A DNA stretch of 64,000 nucleotides from contig CBDDPY010000002.1 of NCBI GenBank assembly GCA_965232515.1, positions 4,960,001-5,024,000 on the forward strand. Reading direction: 5' to 3'. The notes beneath the pieces were generated by a model, which worked only from the letters and a program-made list of their open reading frames with translations, searched no databases and was not told where the DNA came from. Numbering within the stretch: position 1 is the first letter of the stretch; each line of letters starts with the position of its first letter. Shown piece by piece: positions 37,551 through 47,523 of this stretch. Made by a program: the position numbers and the translations under genes. Source of the stretch: Alphaproteobacteria bacterium (GTDB lineage Bacteria; Pseudomonadota; Alphaproteobacteria; GCA-2731375).

Positions 37551-38063
37551 ATGAGTCAGCCCGCCGTACGCGTCATGCCAATCAGCTTCAGGTTCAGCAT
37601 CGGCGTGCCGATCATGGCCGTCGTTCTCGGCCTTCCGTTCACCGCCCTGTTCCTCTGGCTGGTCTGGGATCCGTCGCTGCTGTCGAACAGCGATGATTGG
37701 GGCCTGCGCTGGCTCTACGCGCAGCCCGATATCTTGGTGCGCCTGTTCTTCCTCGCCGTCGCCTCTATCTTCTTCGACCAGATGCTGCTGGCCCATCTCG
37801 TGCCCTATCTGCGCTCGCGCACGGCGGTCGAGTTTTCGGATCGGCACCTGATCGTGAACGGCAAGTACGGCCGGTTCCGGCTGCCGCGCGAGGCCATCGT
37901 CCATGTCTACCGCCAGAGCCGTGGCAAGGTCGCGATCAAGGTCGCCGACGCCTACAAGCAGCGGTCCTGGTACGGCTGGCGGGTCGATCCCCGCATCCAG
38001 ACCGGCAACATATCCGGCCTGAACCAGGACACCTTCATGCAGAAATACGCCGACTGGCGGTAG
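37551..38063 (+). CDS. Hypothetical membrane protein (2 TM plus PH-like soluble tail)
   Basis: ATG 37551 after GGGG; two hydrophobic segments; typical codon usage. Confidence 0.6.
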   Translation: MSQPAVRVMPISFRFSIGVPIMAVVLGLPFTALFLWLVWDPSLLSNSDDWGLRWLYAQPDILVRLFFLAVASIFFDQMLLAHLVPYLRSRTAVEFSDRHLIVNGKYGRFRLPREAIVHVYRQSRGKVAIKVADAYKQRSWYGWRVDPRIQTGNISGLNQDTFMQKYADWR

Positions 38064-38158
38064 TGCGCATTTACGCCTTGCCGGACGGCGTGCTGCCCGC
38101 TCAATCGCCCGCTGCGAGATCTCGTGCTAGGTTTGAGACGAGGCTGGGAGGCAGCGTC

Positions 38159-38644
38159 ATGGCAACCGAACGGCAAGGCGACGGTGCCGCCGTGCGCATC
38201 ATTCCGCCCACGGTACCCCTTATCACCGTGTTGGCCGGCGCAGGTCTCGGCTATCTCTGGCCGATCGACATCGGCGTCGCGCCCGGCGCGCTCTTCCGCT
38301 ACGGGCTGGGCGGCGGAATCGTGGCCGGCGCGGTTCTCGCGCTCGGTCTCTGGCCGATCCTCATGTTTCGCCGCACCGGCCAGAACCCGGAACCGTGGAA
38401 GCCAACGCCGGAAATCATCGCGCACGGCCCTTATCGTGTCACCCGCAATCCCATGTACCTGATGATGGTGCTGATCTGCCTCGGCCTAGCCATCATGTTC
38501 TGGAACCTCTGGATCCTCCTGCTGACCCCGGTCTGTGCCTGGATCCTGCAGCGCTTCGCGATCCTGCCCGAGGAGGCCTATCTCGAAGCCAAGTTCGGCG
38601 ACACCTACCGCGCCTACAAATCCAGCGTCCGCCGCTGGATTTGA
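38159..38644 (+). CDS. Isoprenylcysteine carboxylmethyltransferase / PEMT family membrane methyltransferase
   Basis: GPYRVTRNPMYL, PEEAYLEAKFGDTYRAYKSSVRRWI; GGAGG RBS. Confidence 0.88.
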   Translation: MATERQGDGAAVRIIPPTVPLITVLAGAGLGYLWPIDIGVAPGALFRYGLGGGIVAGAVLALGLWPILMFRRTGQNPEPWKPTPEIIAHGPYRVTRNPMYLMMVLICLGLAIMFWNLWILLLTPVCAWILQRFAILPEEAYLEAKFGDTYRAYKSSVRRWI

Positions 38645-38679
38645 GAACGAACGGCGTGCAGCCGATTGCGACGCGGATC

Positions 38680-40602
38680 TTATTTTGCCGTCACGGATTG
38701 CTCGGGAATGTCGAGTCCCGCTTTGAGCAGTGAGCTCCTCATGCGTTCAATAAAGTCGGGCTGCGGCCACCACCAGAACTCACCTTCAGCTTCTACAGTT
38801 GCCGCGAGGTCTGGTTTCAAAGCGACTGCCCTGTCGATAGCGGCCTCAGCTTCGTCGACCCGGTCTAGTTCGGCCAACACCATCGCTTCCATCATATGTG
38901 TTCCGTAATAGCCGGCCAGGTTCCGCTTCACCTTTAGGACTTGCTCCAGCGCCTGCTCGTACTCTCCACGCCAATAGTGCCATTGGATTGGGGTCCAAAA
39001 GTAGTTGGCCGAGGGATACGGATTGAGCTTCAAGGCTTTGTCGTTCAGGGCCTTGCCCCGGTCCCAATAACCGAGTCGGATCAATAGCGCACCCGCGATC
39101 CAAAGGTGATTGGCTTCGCTTGGTGCTAAAGCAATCGCTCTTTCCGCCGATAGACGCGCTTCCTCCCCATTTCTTAGGAAAAACTGAGCCCAGGCGATTG
39201 TCGAATGACCGAAGGGGAGATTGGGGTCTTCCTCGATTGCTCTCTGAGCGGCCTGCTTTGCTTTCTGAAGCGACTCAAGTGACATGCTTCCGAATTCGGC
39301 AGCTTCGGCGCGGTAGGTTCCAGACAAATAAGCCCAGGCCCGCGCATAGTGGGGTTCTTGGGTGACGACACTTTCGAGGCAATCCTGCGCTCTCTGGTGA
39401 ATGTCTGGCCTGTATGTCTCCCAAAAATACCACGCCAAGAGAACACATTCGTAGGATGCCAGGTCGCTCGGACGCTTGTCCTTGAGTTGTTGCAGAATTG
39501 GTTGTCTGACAGCACCGCCGAAACCGCCAATAGCTTGAGCAACACTTGAAGACAATTCGTCCTGCATATCGAAAACCCCGTCGACATCGAGGGCGCGATC
39601 GTAGGTCTCTGCCCAGACGTGGGTGCCGTCCTTGGCGTTAAGGAGCTGCGCGCTCATTCGGATGGTGCCACCAGACCGCCGCACGCTGCCCTCGAGGACG
39701 TAATCGACGCCGAGGTCGCGGCCAACCTCGCGCACGTCAACAGCCTTGCCTTTGTACTGGTAGGCTGAGTTGCGGGCGATGACGAACAGATAGAAGTACC
39801 GAGAAAGACGGGTCGTCACGTCCTCCGTTAACCCGTCGACAAAGTAGTCCTGCGCTGCGTCGCCGCTGAGGTTGTCAAACGGCAGCACCACGATCTTCGG
39901 CCCGGTCGGTAGCGCCAAGGCTGAATCGGGTCTTGCAGTGTCTTGCGCGGCTGGCAGCAGCCAGCCCGTGTACCAGAAGGCGACACCGACAAAGGCGATG
40001 ATAAGGACTGCAGCCGCCGCTGATACAGGGACCAGGAGGCGCGCACGCCCCGGCCGACCAGGCCGCGGCGCGCCCTTGGCCTCGTCCAACGCAACCCGGA
40101 AGGCCCGCACCGGCCGGGCGATGTTCTTGACCTCGACTTCGCCAAGGTCGTCGAACGCGACCTCCATCTTGTCGCGCACGTTGTCGCGGACCGTGCGGGA
40201 GACGCAGATGCCGCCCGGTTCGGCCAAGGCCTCGAGACGGGCGGCGACGTTGACGCCGTCGCCGTAGATGTCGTCGCCGTCGACCAGCACGTCGCCGAGG
40301 TTGATGCCGATGCGGTAGAGCATCTTGTCGTCGTCGGGCAGGTCGGCGTTCCGCGCGGTCATCACCGTCTGCACCTCGATGGCGGCGGTCACCGCCTCGA
40401 CGACGCTGGGGAACTCGATCAGCAGCCCGTCGCCAGCCGTGCCGACAATGCGTCCGCCATGTCTGTCGCCGATAGGGTCCGTGGCCGCGCGGTGGTCTTT
40501 CAGGCGCGCGAGCGTGCCCTGCTCATCCCGGCCCATGAGCCGGCTGTAGCCGACCACGTCGATTGCGACGATCGCGGCAAGTCTGCGTTGCGCGTCCGAC
40601 AT
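38680..40602 (-). CDS. Class III adenylate/guanylate cyclase with TM, TolB_N-like and TPR domains
   Basis: RRLAAIVAIDVVGYSRLM, AGDGLL, RIGINLGDV..GDGVNVAARLE, VKNI; VVLPFDNLS..YVLEGSVR. Confidence 0.9.
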   Translation of the reverse strand: MSDAQRRLAAIVAIDVVGYSRLMGRDEQGTLARLKDHRAATDPIGDRHGGRIVGTAGDGLLIEFPSVVEAVTAAIEVQTVMTARNADLPDDDKMLYRIGINLGDVLVDGDDIYGDGVNVAARLEALAEPGGICVSRTVRDNVRDKMEVAFDDLGEVEVKNIARPVRAFRVALDEAKGAPRPGRPGRARLLVPVSAAAAVLIIAFVGVAFWYTGWLLPAAQDTARPDSALALPTGPKIVVLPFDNLSGDAAQDYFVDGLTEDVTTRLSRYFYLFVIARNSAYQYKGKAVDVREVGRDLGVDYVLEGSVRRSGGTIRMSAQLLNAKDGTHVWAETYDRALDVDGVFDMQDELSSSVAQAIGGFGGAVRQPILQQLKDKRPSDLASYECVLLAWYFWETYRPDIHQRAQDCLESVVTQEPHYARAWAYLSGTYRAEAAEFGSMSLESLQKAKQAAQRAIEEDPNLPFGHSTIAWAQFFLRNGEEARLSAERAIALAPSEANHLWIAGALLIRLGYWDRGKALNDKALKLNPYPSANYFWTPIQWHYWRGEYEQALEQVLKVKRNLAGYYGTHMMEAMVLAELDRVDEAEAAIDRAVALKPDLAATVEAEGEFWWWPQPDFIERMRSSLLKAGLDIPEQSVTAK

Positions 40603-40771
40603 CCGGCGCTCGTCGTCAGTAGCGAAAAGGCTACGTCATCGGCGACAGTGCGGCAACGCCATGCAACCGCCGGTAGTTCCGCGCAGCTATGACGTGTCCA
40701 CTGCCGGATTCCAGAACGAACGGCGGGACGTTGTTCGCGCCCCGCCGTTGTTGTGGTGCTTCGCCGTCGGC

Positions 40772-41833
40772 TCAGGCGCTGCGGTAGGGTGGTCCGGCCT
40801 TGCGCATGAGGGCGTTGTACTGCTTGAAGATTTCGACCACGCGGGCGGTGCGCTCGCTCTCGCCGGCGATCTCGTCCCAGAACTTCAAGGCCTCGTCCTC
40901 GACCGTCTTCCATTCCTCGTCCGGGATCGAGGTCAGCTTCAGCTTGTCGCCCTGCACGCGCAGCTTGGCCTCGCCGGCCCAGTACCAGTGCTGGCGGTAA
41001 TAGTGCGACGAGTCCATGCACAGCCGGAACAGCGTCTGCAGATGCTCGGGCAGCTCGTTCCAGCGTTCTTCGTTGGCGAAGTAGGAGCCGCACCAGGCGC
41101 CGGAGATGTTGTTGGTCAGGAAGTAGTTGGTGACGTCGGCCCAGCCCACCGTGTAGTCCTCGGTGATGCCCGACCAGGCGATGCCGTCGAGCTCGCCGGT
41201 CTGCACCGCGACCTCGATGTCCTCCCACGGCAGCGTCACCGGCACCACGCCGAAGCGCGAGAGAAACCGGCCGGCCGTGGGGAAAGTGAACACCCGCTTG
41301 CCCCGGAGGTCGTCGAGGCTGCGGATCGGATCGACGGTGTTGAAGTGGCAGGGATCCCAGGCCCCGGCGCTCAGCCACTTGACGTTCTCGACCTCGCCAT
41401 AGGCCTCTTCCCAGATCTCCTTCAGGCCCCATTCGCTGAACAGCGCCGGCACGTCCAGCGAATAGCGCGTGGCGAACGGGAAGTAGCCGCCGAACACCGA
41501 GATGTCGACGGGCGCGGCGATGGAATCGTCGTCGCTCTGCACGGCGTCGATGGTGCCGCGCTGCATGGCCCGGAACAGCTCGCCCGTCGGCACCAGCTGG
41601 TCGGCGAAGTAGAGCTCGATCTCCATGTCGCCGTTCGCCACCTTGTTGAAGGCGTCGATCGACGGCTTGATCACGTGCTCGGCCAGCGTCGGGCCGGCAT
41701 AGGTCTGCAGGCGCCAGGTGATCTTCTGCTGCGCCTTCACGTAGGGCGCCGGAAACGCCGCCGCGCCGACGGCCGCCGTGGTCGCGACGCCGGCCTTGGT
41801 CAGGAACTGTCGTCTGCTCTTCGTCATCGTCAA
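40772..41833 (-). CDS. dctP: TRAP transporter substrate-binding protein, Tat-exported
   Basis: SRRQFL signal; WRLQTY, DLRGKR, LPWEDI..QTGELDG. Confidence 0.85.
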   Translation of the reverse strand: MTMTKSRRQFLTKAGVATTAAVGAAAFPAPYVKAQQKITWRLQTYAGPTLAEHVIKPSIDAFNKVANGDMEIELYFADQLVPTGELFRAMQRGTIDAVQSDDDSIAAPVDISVFGGYFPFATRYSLDVPALFSEWGLKEIWEEAYGEVENVKWLSAGAWDPCHFNTVDPIRSLDDLRGKRVFTFPTAGRFLSRFGVVPVTLPWEDIEVAVQTGELDGIAWSGITEDYTVGWADVTNYFLTNNISGAWCGSYFANEERWNELPEHLQTLFRLCMDSSHYYRQHWYWAGEAKLRVQGDKLKLTSIPDEEWKTVEDEALKFWDEIAGESERTARVVEIFKQYNALMRKAGPPYRSA

Positions 41834-41897
41834 AGCACTCCCTTGTTGTGCATGCGCCCCTCCGGGCGTTTCGGCGGTTCTTCTTTCGCCTCCGTCG

Positions 41898-43223
41898 TCA
41901 CCCCCTCAGACGATAGAGCTCCGGCAGCCACAGCGCGATCTGCGGGAACGCCATCACAATGGCGAGTCCGAAGATCATCACCGCGACGAACGGCACGATC
42001 GAGCGGTAGATATCCATCAGCGACACCTCCGGCGGCGCCATGGCGCGCATCAGGAACAGGTTGTAGCCGAACGGCGGTGTCATATAGGCGATCTGGCAGG
42101 TGATGGTGTAGAGCACGCCGTACCAGATCAGGTCGAAGCCGAGCGCGCCGACCAATGGCACGTAAAGCGGCGCCACGATCACCAGCATCGCCGTGTCGTC
42201 CAGGAACGTGCCCATGATCAGGTACGAGAGCTGCATCATGATCAGGATCTGCCAGGGGCTCAGGCCCATGCGGTCCACGAAGAAGCCCTCGATGGCCTTC
42301 ACCGCGCCCAGCCCGTCGAACACCGCGCCGAAGCAGAGCGCCGCCAGGATGATCCACATGAACATGCAGGAGATGCCGAGCGTCTTGCGCAGCGTCTCCT
42401 CCATCACCTTGCGCGTCAGCCGCCCCTTGGCGATCGCCGCCAGCGTCGCGGCCAGCGCGCCCACGGCCGAGCTCTCGGTCAGGTTGGTGACGCCCATCAG
42501 GAACAGGCCGGTCATCGAGAAGAAGATGAAGAGCGGCAGCAGGCCGGCGCGCAGCAACGAGAGCTTCTCGCGCATCGGCATGTCGCGTTCGTCGGCCGGC
42601 AGAGGCGGCCCCAGATGCGGCTGCAGCCGGCAGCGCACGACGATATAGACGATGAACAGCCCCGCCATCATCAGGCCGGGAAACACGCCGGCCAGCCAGA
42701 GCTGTCCCACCGGCTGCCGCGCGATCATGCCGTAGAGCACCAGCACCACGCTCGGCGGCACCAGAATGCCCAGCGACGAGCCGGCCTGGATCACGCCCGT
42801 CACCATGATCTTGTCGTAGCCGCGCCGCAGCAGCTCGGGCAGCGCGATGCTGGCGCCGATCGCCATGCCGGCGACGCTGAGCCCGTTCATGGCCGAGATC
42901 GCCACCATCAACCCGATCGTGCCGACCGCCAGCCCGCCCTTCAGCGGCCCGAACCAGACATGGAACATCTTGTAGAGGTCGTTAGCGATGCCCGACTCGG
43001 ACAGCATGTAGCCCATATAGATGAACAGCGGCAGCGTCAGCAGCGGATACCATTTCATCAGCTTCATGGCGGCGCTGAACGACAGCTCCGAGCCGCCTTC
43101 GCCCCACAGCAAGAGCGCCGCCACGACGGCGACGAAGCCGATGGCGCCGAACACCCGCTGCCCCGTCAGCAGCATCAGCATCATCGATGCGAACATCAGG
43201 ACGGCGATGAGCTCGTAGCTCAT
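41898..43223 (-). CDS. dctM: TRAP transporter large permease
   Basis: LPLFIYMG, LGILVPPS, YMTPPFGYNLF, FPQIALWLP. Confidence 0.9.
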   Translation of the reverse strand: MSYELIAVLMFASMMLMLLTGQRVFGAIGFVAVVAALLLWGEGGSELSFSAAMKLMKWYPLLTLPLFIYMGYMLSESGIANDLYKMFHVWFGPLKGGLAVGTIGLMVAISAMNGLSVAGMAIGASIALPELLRRGYDKIMVTGVIQAGSSLGILVPPSVVLVLYGMIARQPVGQLWLAGVFPGLMMAGLFIVYIVVRCRLQPHLGPPLPADERDMPMREKLSLLRAGLLPLFIFFSMTGLFLMGVTNLTESSAVGALAATLAAIAKGRLTRKVMEETLRKTLGISCMFMWIILAALCFGAVFDGLGAVKAIEGFFVDRMGLSPWQILIMMQLSYLIMGTFLDDTAMLVIVAPLYVPLVGALGFDLIWYGVLYTITCQIAYMTPPFGYNLFLMRAMAPPEVSLMDIYRSIVPFVAVMIFGLAIVMAFPQIALWLPELYRLRG

Positions 43224-43759
43224 GCCAGGTCATCCCCGGCCGGCAGGTCGGCGCCCAGATCCAAACCGCGCAGCTTGGCTATGTCCTTGATCAGACTGGA
43301 AATCGCCTGCAGCAGCATCATGAAGATGCCGACGCACATGACGATCTTGATCGGCGCCATATAGGGCCGCCAGGCGGAATAGCTGCGCTCGCCGTACTCG
43401 ACCGCATAGACCGTGCTCGACAGCCCGCCGTAGAACAGCAGCGCCAGATAGAAGATCAGGAACAGCACGGTAAACGCGTCCACCCAGGTGCGCGTACGGT
43501 CCGACCAGGCGCCGTACAACAGGTCCATGCGCACATGGTCGCCCAGCTGCAGCGAATAGGCGCCGCCCAGCAGGAAATAGGCGACCATCAGGAACTGCGC
43601 CATTTCCAGCGTCCACAGGGGCGGGATGAAGAAGGTCTTCGTGAAGGACGAGTACAGCAGCACGCCCATCATGGCGAAAACCAGCAGCATGATCGCGCGG
43701 CCGATGACGCGGTTCACCGCGTCGACCGCGCGCACGTAGGCCGTCAGCGCCTTCGGCAT
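43220..43759 (-). CDS. dctQ: TRAP transporter small permease
   Basis: 4 TM; WTLEMAQ..GDHVRMDLLY; start MPKAL. Confidence 0.88.
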   Translation of the reverse strand: MPKALTAYVRAVDAVNRVIGRAIMLLVFAMMGVLLYSSFTKTFFIPPLWTLEMAQFLMVAYFLLGGAYSLQLGDHVRMDLLYGAWSDRTRTWVDAFTVLFLIFYLALLFYGGLSSTVYAVEYGERSYSAWRPYMAPIKIVMCVGIFMMLLQAISSLIKDIAKLRGLDLGADLPAGDDLA

Positions 43760-43960
43760 GCGCCGCGTCCGCCGGCGCCACGAACGACGATGTCCGCGGG
43801 GCGTTGCTGACACATAGGACAAGCCCTCCCTGTCCGGCATGGCGTCTCCGCGCCAATACCGCCCGGACGGTAGCAAAGTTTATTGCAGGACGAAACGCTG
43901 GCTTGTCGGCGCGCGCGGTCCAACGGCCGCAAGGAAATCGTCGGCCATCCGCCACCAACC

Positions 43961-44046
43961 GTCATGCTGGCGCAGGCCAGCATCCAGCGGCTTTGCAGCA
44001 AGCTGAAGAATCAATAAACCTGGATCCTGGCCTGCGCCAGGATGAC
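43961..44046. repeat. REP/REPIN-like palindromic element, copy 2
   Basis: GTCATGCTGGCGCAGGCCAGCATCCA..different spacer..TGGATCCTGGCCTGCGCCAGGATGAC. Confidence 0.8.
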
Positions 44047-44082
44047 CCGGATTCGCCGGGCGCGATACCGGTTCTCAGGCGG

Positions 44083-44217
44083 TCAGGACGACCCGATGCC
44101 GCCCGTCGGCGGTGGCAGGTTGCCCCGGCGTCCCTTGCGCAGGGAATCGGGCGAGACGCCGAAGATCCGGCAGATCCAGGCGACGAAACCGGACCACCAT
44201 TGCAAAACTGTACGCAT
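44083..44217 (-). CDS. Candidate 44-aa small protein
   Basis: GGGAGG RBS upstream of ATG; MRTVLQWWSGFVAWICRIFGVSPDSLRKGRRGNLPPPTGGIGSS. Confidence 0.4.
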   Translation of the reverse strand: MRTVLQWWSGFVAWICRIFGVSPDSLRKGRRGNLPPPTGGIGSS

Positions 44218-44396
44218 ATCTCGACCTCCCCAAGCTGTTTCGCCCGCGCTGAAACGACGCGGACCCTCGATCGAGGTGCAACGCACATCCGCCTGGATAG
44301 TAGCACAAGATGCGATTGACCGCCGACGTTGTGCCGCGACGATGGTTTCGATAGAACCTGCTTCCCCCACGCGCATGCGGCAATGGAGACGACGAG

Positions 44397-44930
44397 ATGG
44401 TGCCGACGTTGGAAACGGACCGGCTGCGGCTGATGCCGCGCACGGCGGCCGATATCGACGCCTGCGTCGCCATGGACAGCGACCTCGAGGTTCGGCGCTA
44501 CATCACCCCCGACTTCCGCGACAACTTCGACGCCGCCGCCTATCGCGCAAGTCTTGGAGAACGCTTGGCGATCGATGCCGGGCCGGGCTTCGGCTGGTGG
44601 ATCATCCGCGATCGCGACACGCCCGGGCGCTTCCATGGTCTGGCCATGCTGATCCCGGTCGGTCTCGAGGGTCCGGAGATCGAGATCGGCTGGCGCCTGC
44701 CGCGCGCCTCTTGGGGGAATGGCTACGCGACCGAGGCCGCAATACGCATCCTCGCCCACGCCTTCGACGACGTCGGTCTGTCCGAGGTCATCGCCTGCAT
44801 CGATCCCGAGAACAGCCGCTCGATCGCCGTCGCCGCCCGCCTCGGCTTCGTCCGTGACGGCCGCAAGGCTGCCTACGGCACCGAGTTCGACCTCTATCGC
44901 CTGCGCCGCGACGCTACCGGTGCGGGCTGA
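44397..44930 (+). CDS. GNAT N-acetyltransferase, RimJ/RimL family
   Basis: LETDRLRL, EIGWRL..WGNGYATEA, ENSRSIAVAARLGF. Confidence 0.88.
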   Translation: MVPTLETDRLRLMPRTAADIDACVAMDSDLEVRRYITPDFRDNFDAAAYRASLGERLAIDAGPGFGWWIIRDRDTPGRFHGLAMLIPVGLEGPEIEIGWRLPRASWGNGYATEAAIRILAHAFDDVGLSEVIACIDPENSRSIAVAARLGFVRDGRKAAYGTEFDLYRLRRDATGAG

Positions 44931-44942
44931 CCGCCGGCTGCG

Positions 44943-46256
44943 TCAGAAGCCGATCTCCAGTTCGATGCCGACGAAGAAGGCCGGGTCCGCGTCGTCCGCG
45001 AAGGCGTCGCCCGGCAGGAACGCGCCGGCGATCGCTTCGAGCTCGACCGTCTCGCTCACCTGATAGCCGATGATCAGGTCCACGCCGTTGCCGATTGTGC
45101 GGTCGTGGCCGTCGGGATCGGCGTCGATGGCGGCGTTGCGAAGTTCGTCCGACGCCTCGTGTTGCCGGTAATGGTGGTAGACGAGATCGATCGAGCTGTC
45201 GTCGGTCGGGCGCAGGCCGAGGCCGGCGGTCAGGATGATCAGGTTGCTGAGCTCCGGGTCCAGCACCTCGCCGTAATACTTGAAGCTGGTGATGCCGTTG
45301 AAGTCGTCGTTGTTGTCCTGCAGGCCAGTCTGCCGGAAAGCCCGGTTGGTGCCGTCGTCGGGATCGTCGTCGCCGCTGCCGAAGGCAAGGCCCAGCGTCA
45401 ATGACGGCTCCCATGGCGCGTCGGCCACGTAGCTCGCGCCGACATCGAAACCGTAGCCGCGGATGTCGTCGTCGCCGGCCGCGCCGCGCACATGCATGAG
45501 CTCGACCCAGTAATCGATATTGCCGGTCAGCGCGCCGATCGACTGCAGGCCGATAAAGACCGCGTCCTCGTCGCGGCGGTCGCGGCCGTCGCGATAAAAC
45601 AGATACGGGCTGATCTCACTGTCCTCGCCCACCGCGTAGCGCCCGAGCAGGAAATAGTTGTTGGGTTCGTCTTCCGAGCGGTCGCCCAACAGGTCTTTTT
45701 TGACCAGATCCTCGCGGCTGACCGATGCTTCCAGGCCGAAGGCCGCGCGGCGCAGATAGAGCCGGACGCCGTCCAGATCCTCGTCATAGAGCCATTCGCG
45801 CTTGTCCTCGAACGGCTGCCGGCCGAGCGTCAGCGACAGGCCGGGGAAGACCTCGCGGAAATTCGCATAGGCCTGCTTGACCACCAGCTCGGCGTCCGGC
45901 GAGCCCCGGCCGTCCGGCGCGTCGATGTTGATCTCCTTGTTTATCTCGACATTCAGGAACGCGCGGAACCACGGCGTCGGATCGTAGGAGAAGGCGAGCT
46001 CCAGTTCCGGCTTGACCGCCGTGACGTCGTCGCTCAGGCCGCGCTCCAGGTCGAGGTCGCGTTCATGGGTGAGTTCGAGCTTCAACTCGGCGCCGAAGGA
46101 CAGATTGGGCGTCAGCTGCAGCCGGGTGTCGGGCGGATCGTCGAAATCGAACTCGACGCCCGAATCGTTGATTTGCGCCGCCGCGATTGGCACCGTCGCC
46201 AACAGCACGCCGGCACACGCCAGGCAGACCTCAAGCCGACGGCGCCAGCCGGCCAT
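44943..46256 (-). CDS. AlgE-like (alginate export family) outer-membrane beta-barrel
   Basis: Signal peptide; LGRQPFEDKREWLYDEDLDG, AFGSGD..FRQTGLQDN..YGEVLDPELSNL recalled as AlgE motifs; C-terminal Phe. Confidence 0.8.
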   Translation of the reverse strand: MAGWRRRLEVCLACAGVLLATVPIAAAQINDSGVEFDFDDPPDTRLQLTPNLSFGAELKLELTHERDLDLERGLSDDVTAVKPELELAFSYDPTPWFRAFLNVEINKEINIDAPDGRGSPDAELVVKQAYANFREVFPGLSLTLGRQPFEDKREWLYDEDLDGVRLYLRRAAFGLEASVSREDLVKKDLLGDRSEDEPNNYFLLGRYAVGEDSEISPYLFYRDGRDRRDEDAVFIGLQSIGALTGNIDYWVELMHVRGAAGDDDIRGYGFDVGASYVADAPWEPSLTLGLAFGSGDDDPDDGTNRAFRQTGLQDNNDDFNGITSFKYYGEVLDPELSNLIILTAGLGLRPTDDSSIDLVYHHYRQHEASDELRNAAIDADPDGHDRTIGNGVDLIIGYQVSETVELEAIAGAFLPGDAFADDADPAFFVGIELEIGF

Positions 46257-47523
46257 CTTCGTCGCGCCTCGGGGTCTGCGGCGCGTCCGATGTGTTCGTG
46301 TCGATGACGGGCATCGTCGTAACCGGGGCCGGTTTCACCGCCAGGAAGGCGTAGATCTCAGCCGCGATGGCGAGCGCGATGCGAACGCCCAGCATCGCCA
46401 TGACGCCCCAGGTGTTCCACAGGAAGCCCGCCAGGACCGGGCCGGCGACGCCGCCCGCCTCCTCGCCCAGGCTGAGCACCGCCATGGTGTGGGCGCGCTT
46501 GCGCCGGTCGAGGTCAGAATGCTGCGCCATCAGCGCGCCCCAGGCCGGCTTGAAGGCGGCCTTGCCGGCCTCGTCGATCAGACGACCGCCCATCATGCCG
46601 GCGAGGTTCGGCGCCACCATGAATACAATCGACGAGACCACGTTGGCGACGCCACGGACCCGCAGCACCAGGTTCCGGCTGACATTGTCGGACAACCAGC
46701 CAAAGCCGGGTCCCGCGACCAGCATGACCATCGCGGCCAGGAAATAGATCATGCCGGTCTCTGCCGCGCTCAGGCCGGCATACTCCACGGCCAGCACGGG
46801 GAACAGGCCGCCGATCATCTTGGCGCTGCTGCTCATCAAGAAGCCCAGCCCCATGATCGACACCAGCCGGCGCCGCAGGTCCGCCGGCCGGGCCTCGACG
46901 TCGGGCGTCTCGGCTGTCGCTTTCGCCGGCGCCGGCGTGCCGGATGCTTTCGCCGGCACGAAACGCCAGACCACGACGACCGGGATCAGCGACAGCAGGG
47001 CCGCGGCCACGAACACCAGTGAAAAATTCTGCGCCGTCGCCGTCAGCAGGATGCCGGCCAGCGCGTGGCCGAGCTTGCCCGAGACGCTCTTCACCGAGGC
47101 GTACCAGGCGAACGACGAGGCCACGGCCCGCTTGGCGCTGCGTTCGGCGATCAGGGCATAGGCCGCCGGGTCGCGCAGCGACCGCGATGCGCCATGCGCC
47201 ATGCGGATGGCGAAGAGATGCCAGGGCAGCCAGGCCAGCGCCAGCAGCAGGGACACCATCGAGCGTAAGGCCAAGGCCGCGACCAAACTGGGTTTCAGCC
47301 CGCAGCGGTCCGCCATCCGTCCCATCGCCGGCTTCAGGATCATGGCGACGGCGAAGTTCAGCGACAGCAGGATGCCGATCTCGGCGACCGACATGCCGAG
47401 ATGATGCGCGTAGAGCGGCAGGGCGAAGGCGATGATGCCGAAGCTGAGCCGGGACGCCAGCCCCTCGGCGACAATGGCCAGCAGAACCGTACGGTCGTGA
47501 CGCGGAGATTGTGCCATCGTCAT
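46231..47523 (-). CDS. MFS transporter
   Basis: About 12 TM; motif A GRMADRCGLK and GWLSDNVSR; ATGA overlap with upstream ATP-grasp gene. Confidence 0.88.
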   Translation of the reverse strand: MTMAQSPRHDRTVLLAIVAEGLASRLSFGIIAFALPLYAHHLGMSVAEIGILLSLNFAVAMILKPAMGRMADRCGLKPSLVAALALRSMVSLLLALAWLPWHLFAIRMAHGASRSLRDPAAYALIAERSAKRAVASSFAWYASVKSVSGKLGHALAGILLTATAQNFSLVFVAAALLSLIPVVVVWRFVPAKASGTPAPAKATAETPDVEARPADLRRRLVSIMGLGFLMSSSAKMIGGLFPVLAVEYAGLSAAETGMIYFLAAMVMLVAGPGFGWLSDNVSRNLVLRVRGVANVVSSIVFMVAPNLAGMMGGRLIDEAGKAAFKPAWGALMAQHSDLDRRKRAHTMAVLSLGEEAGGVAGPVLAGFLWNTWGVMAMLGVRIALAIAAEIYAFLAVKPAPVTTMPVIDTNTSDAPQTPRRDEDGRLAPSA

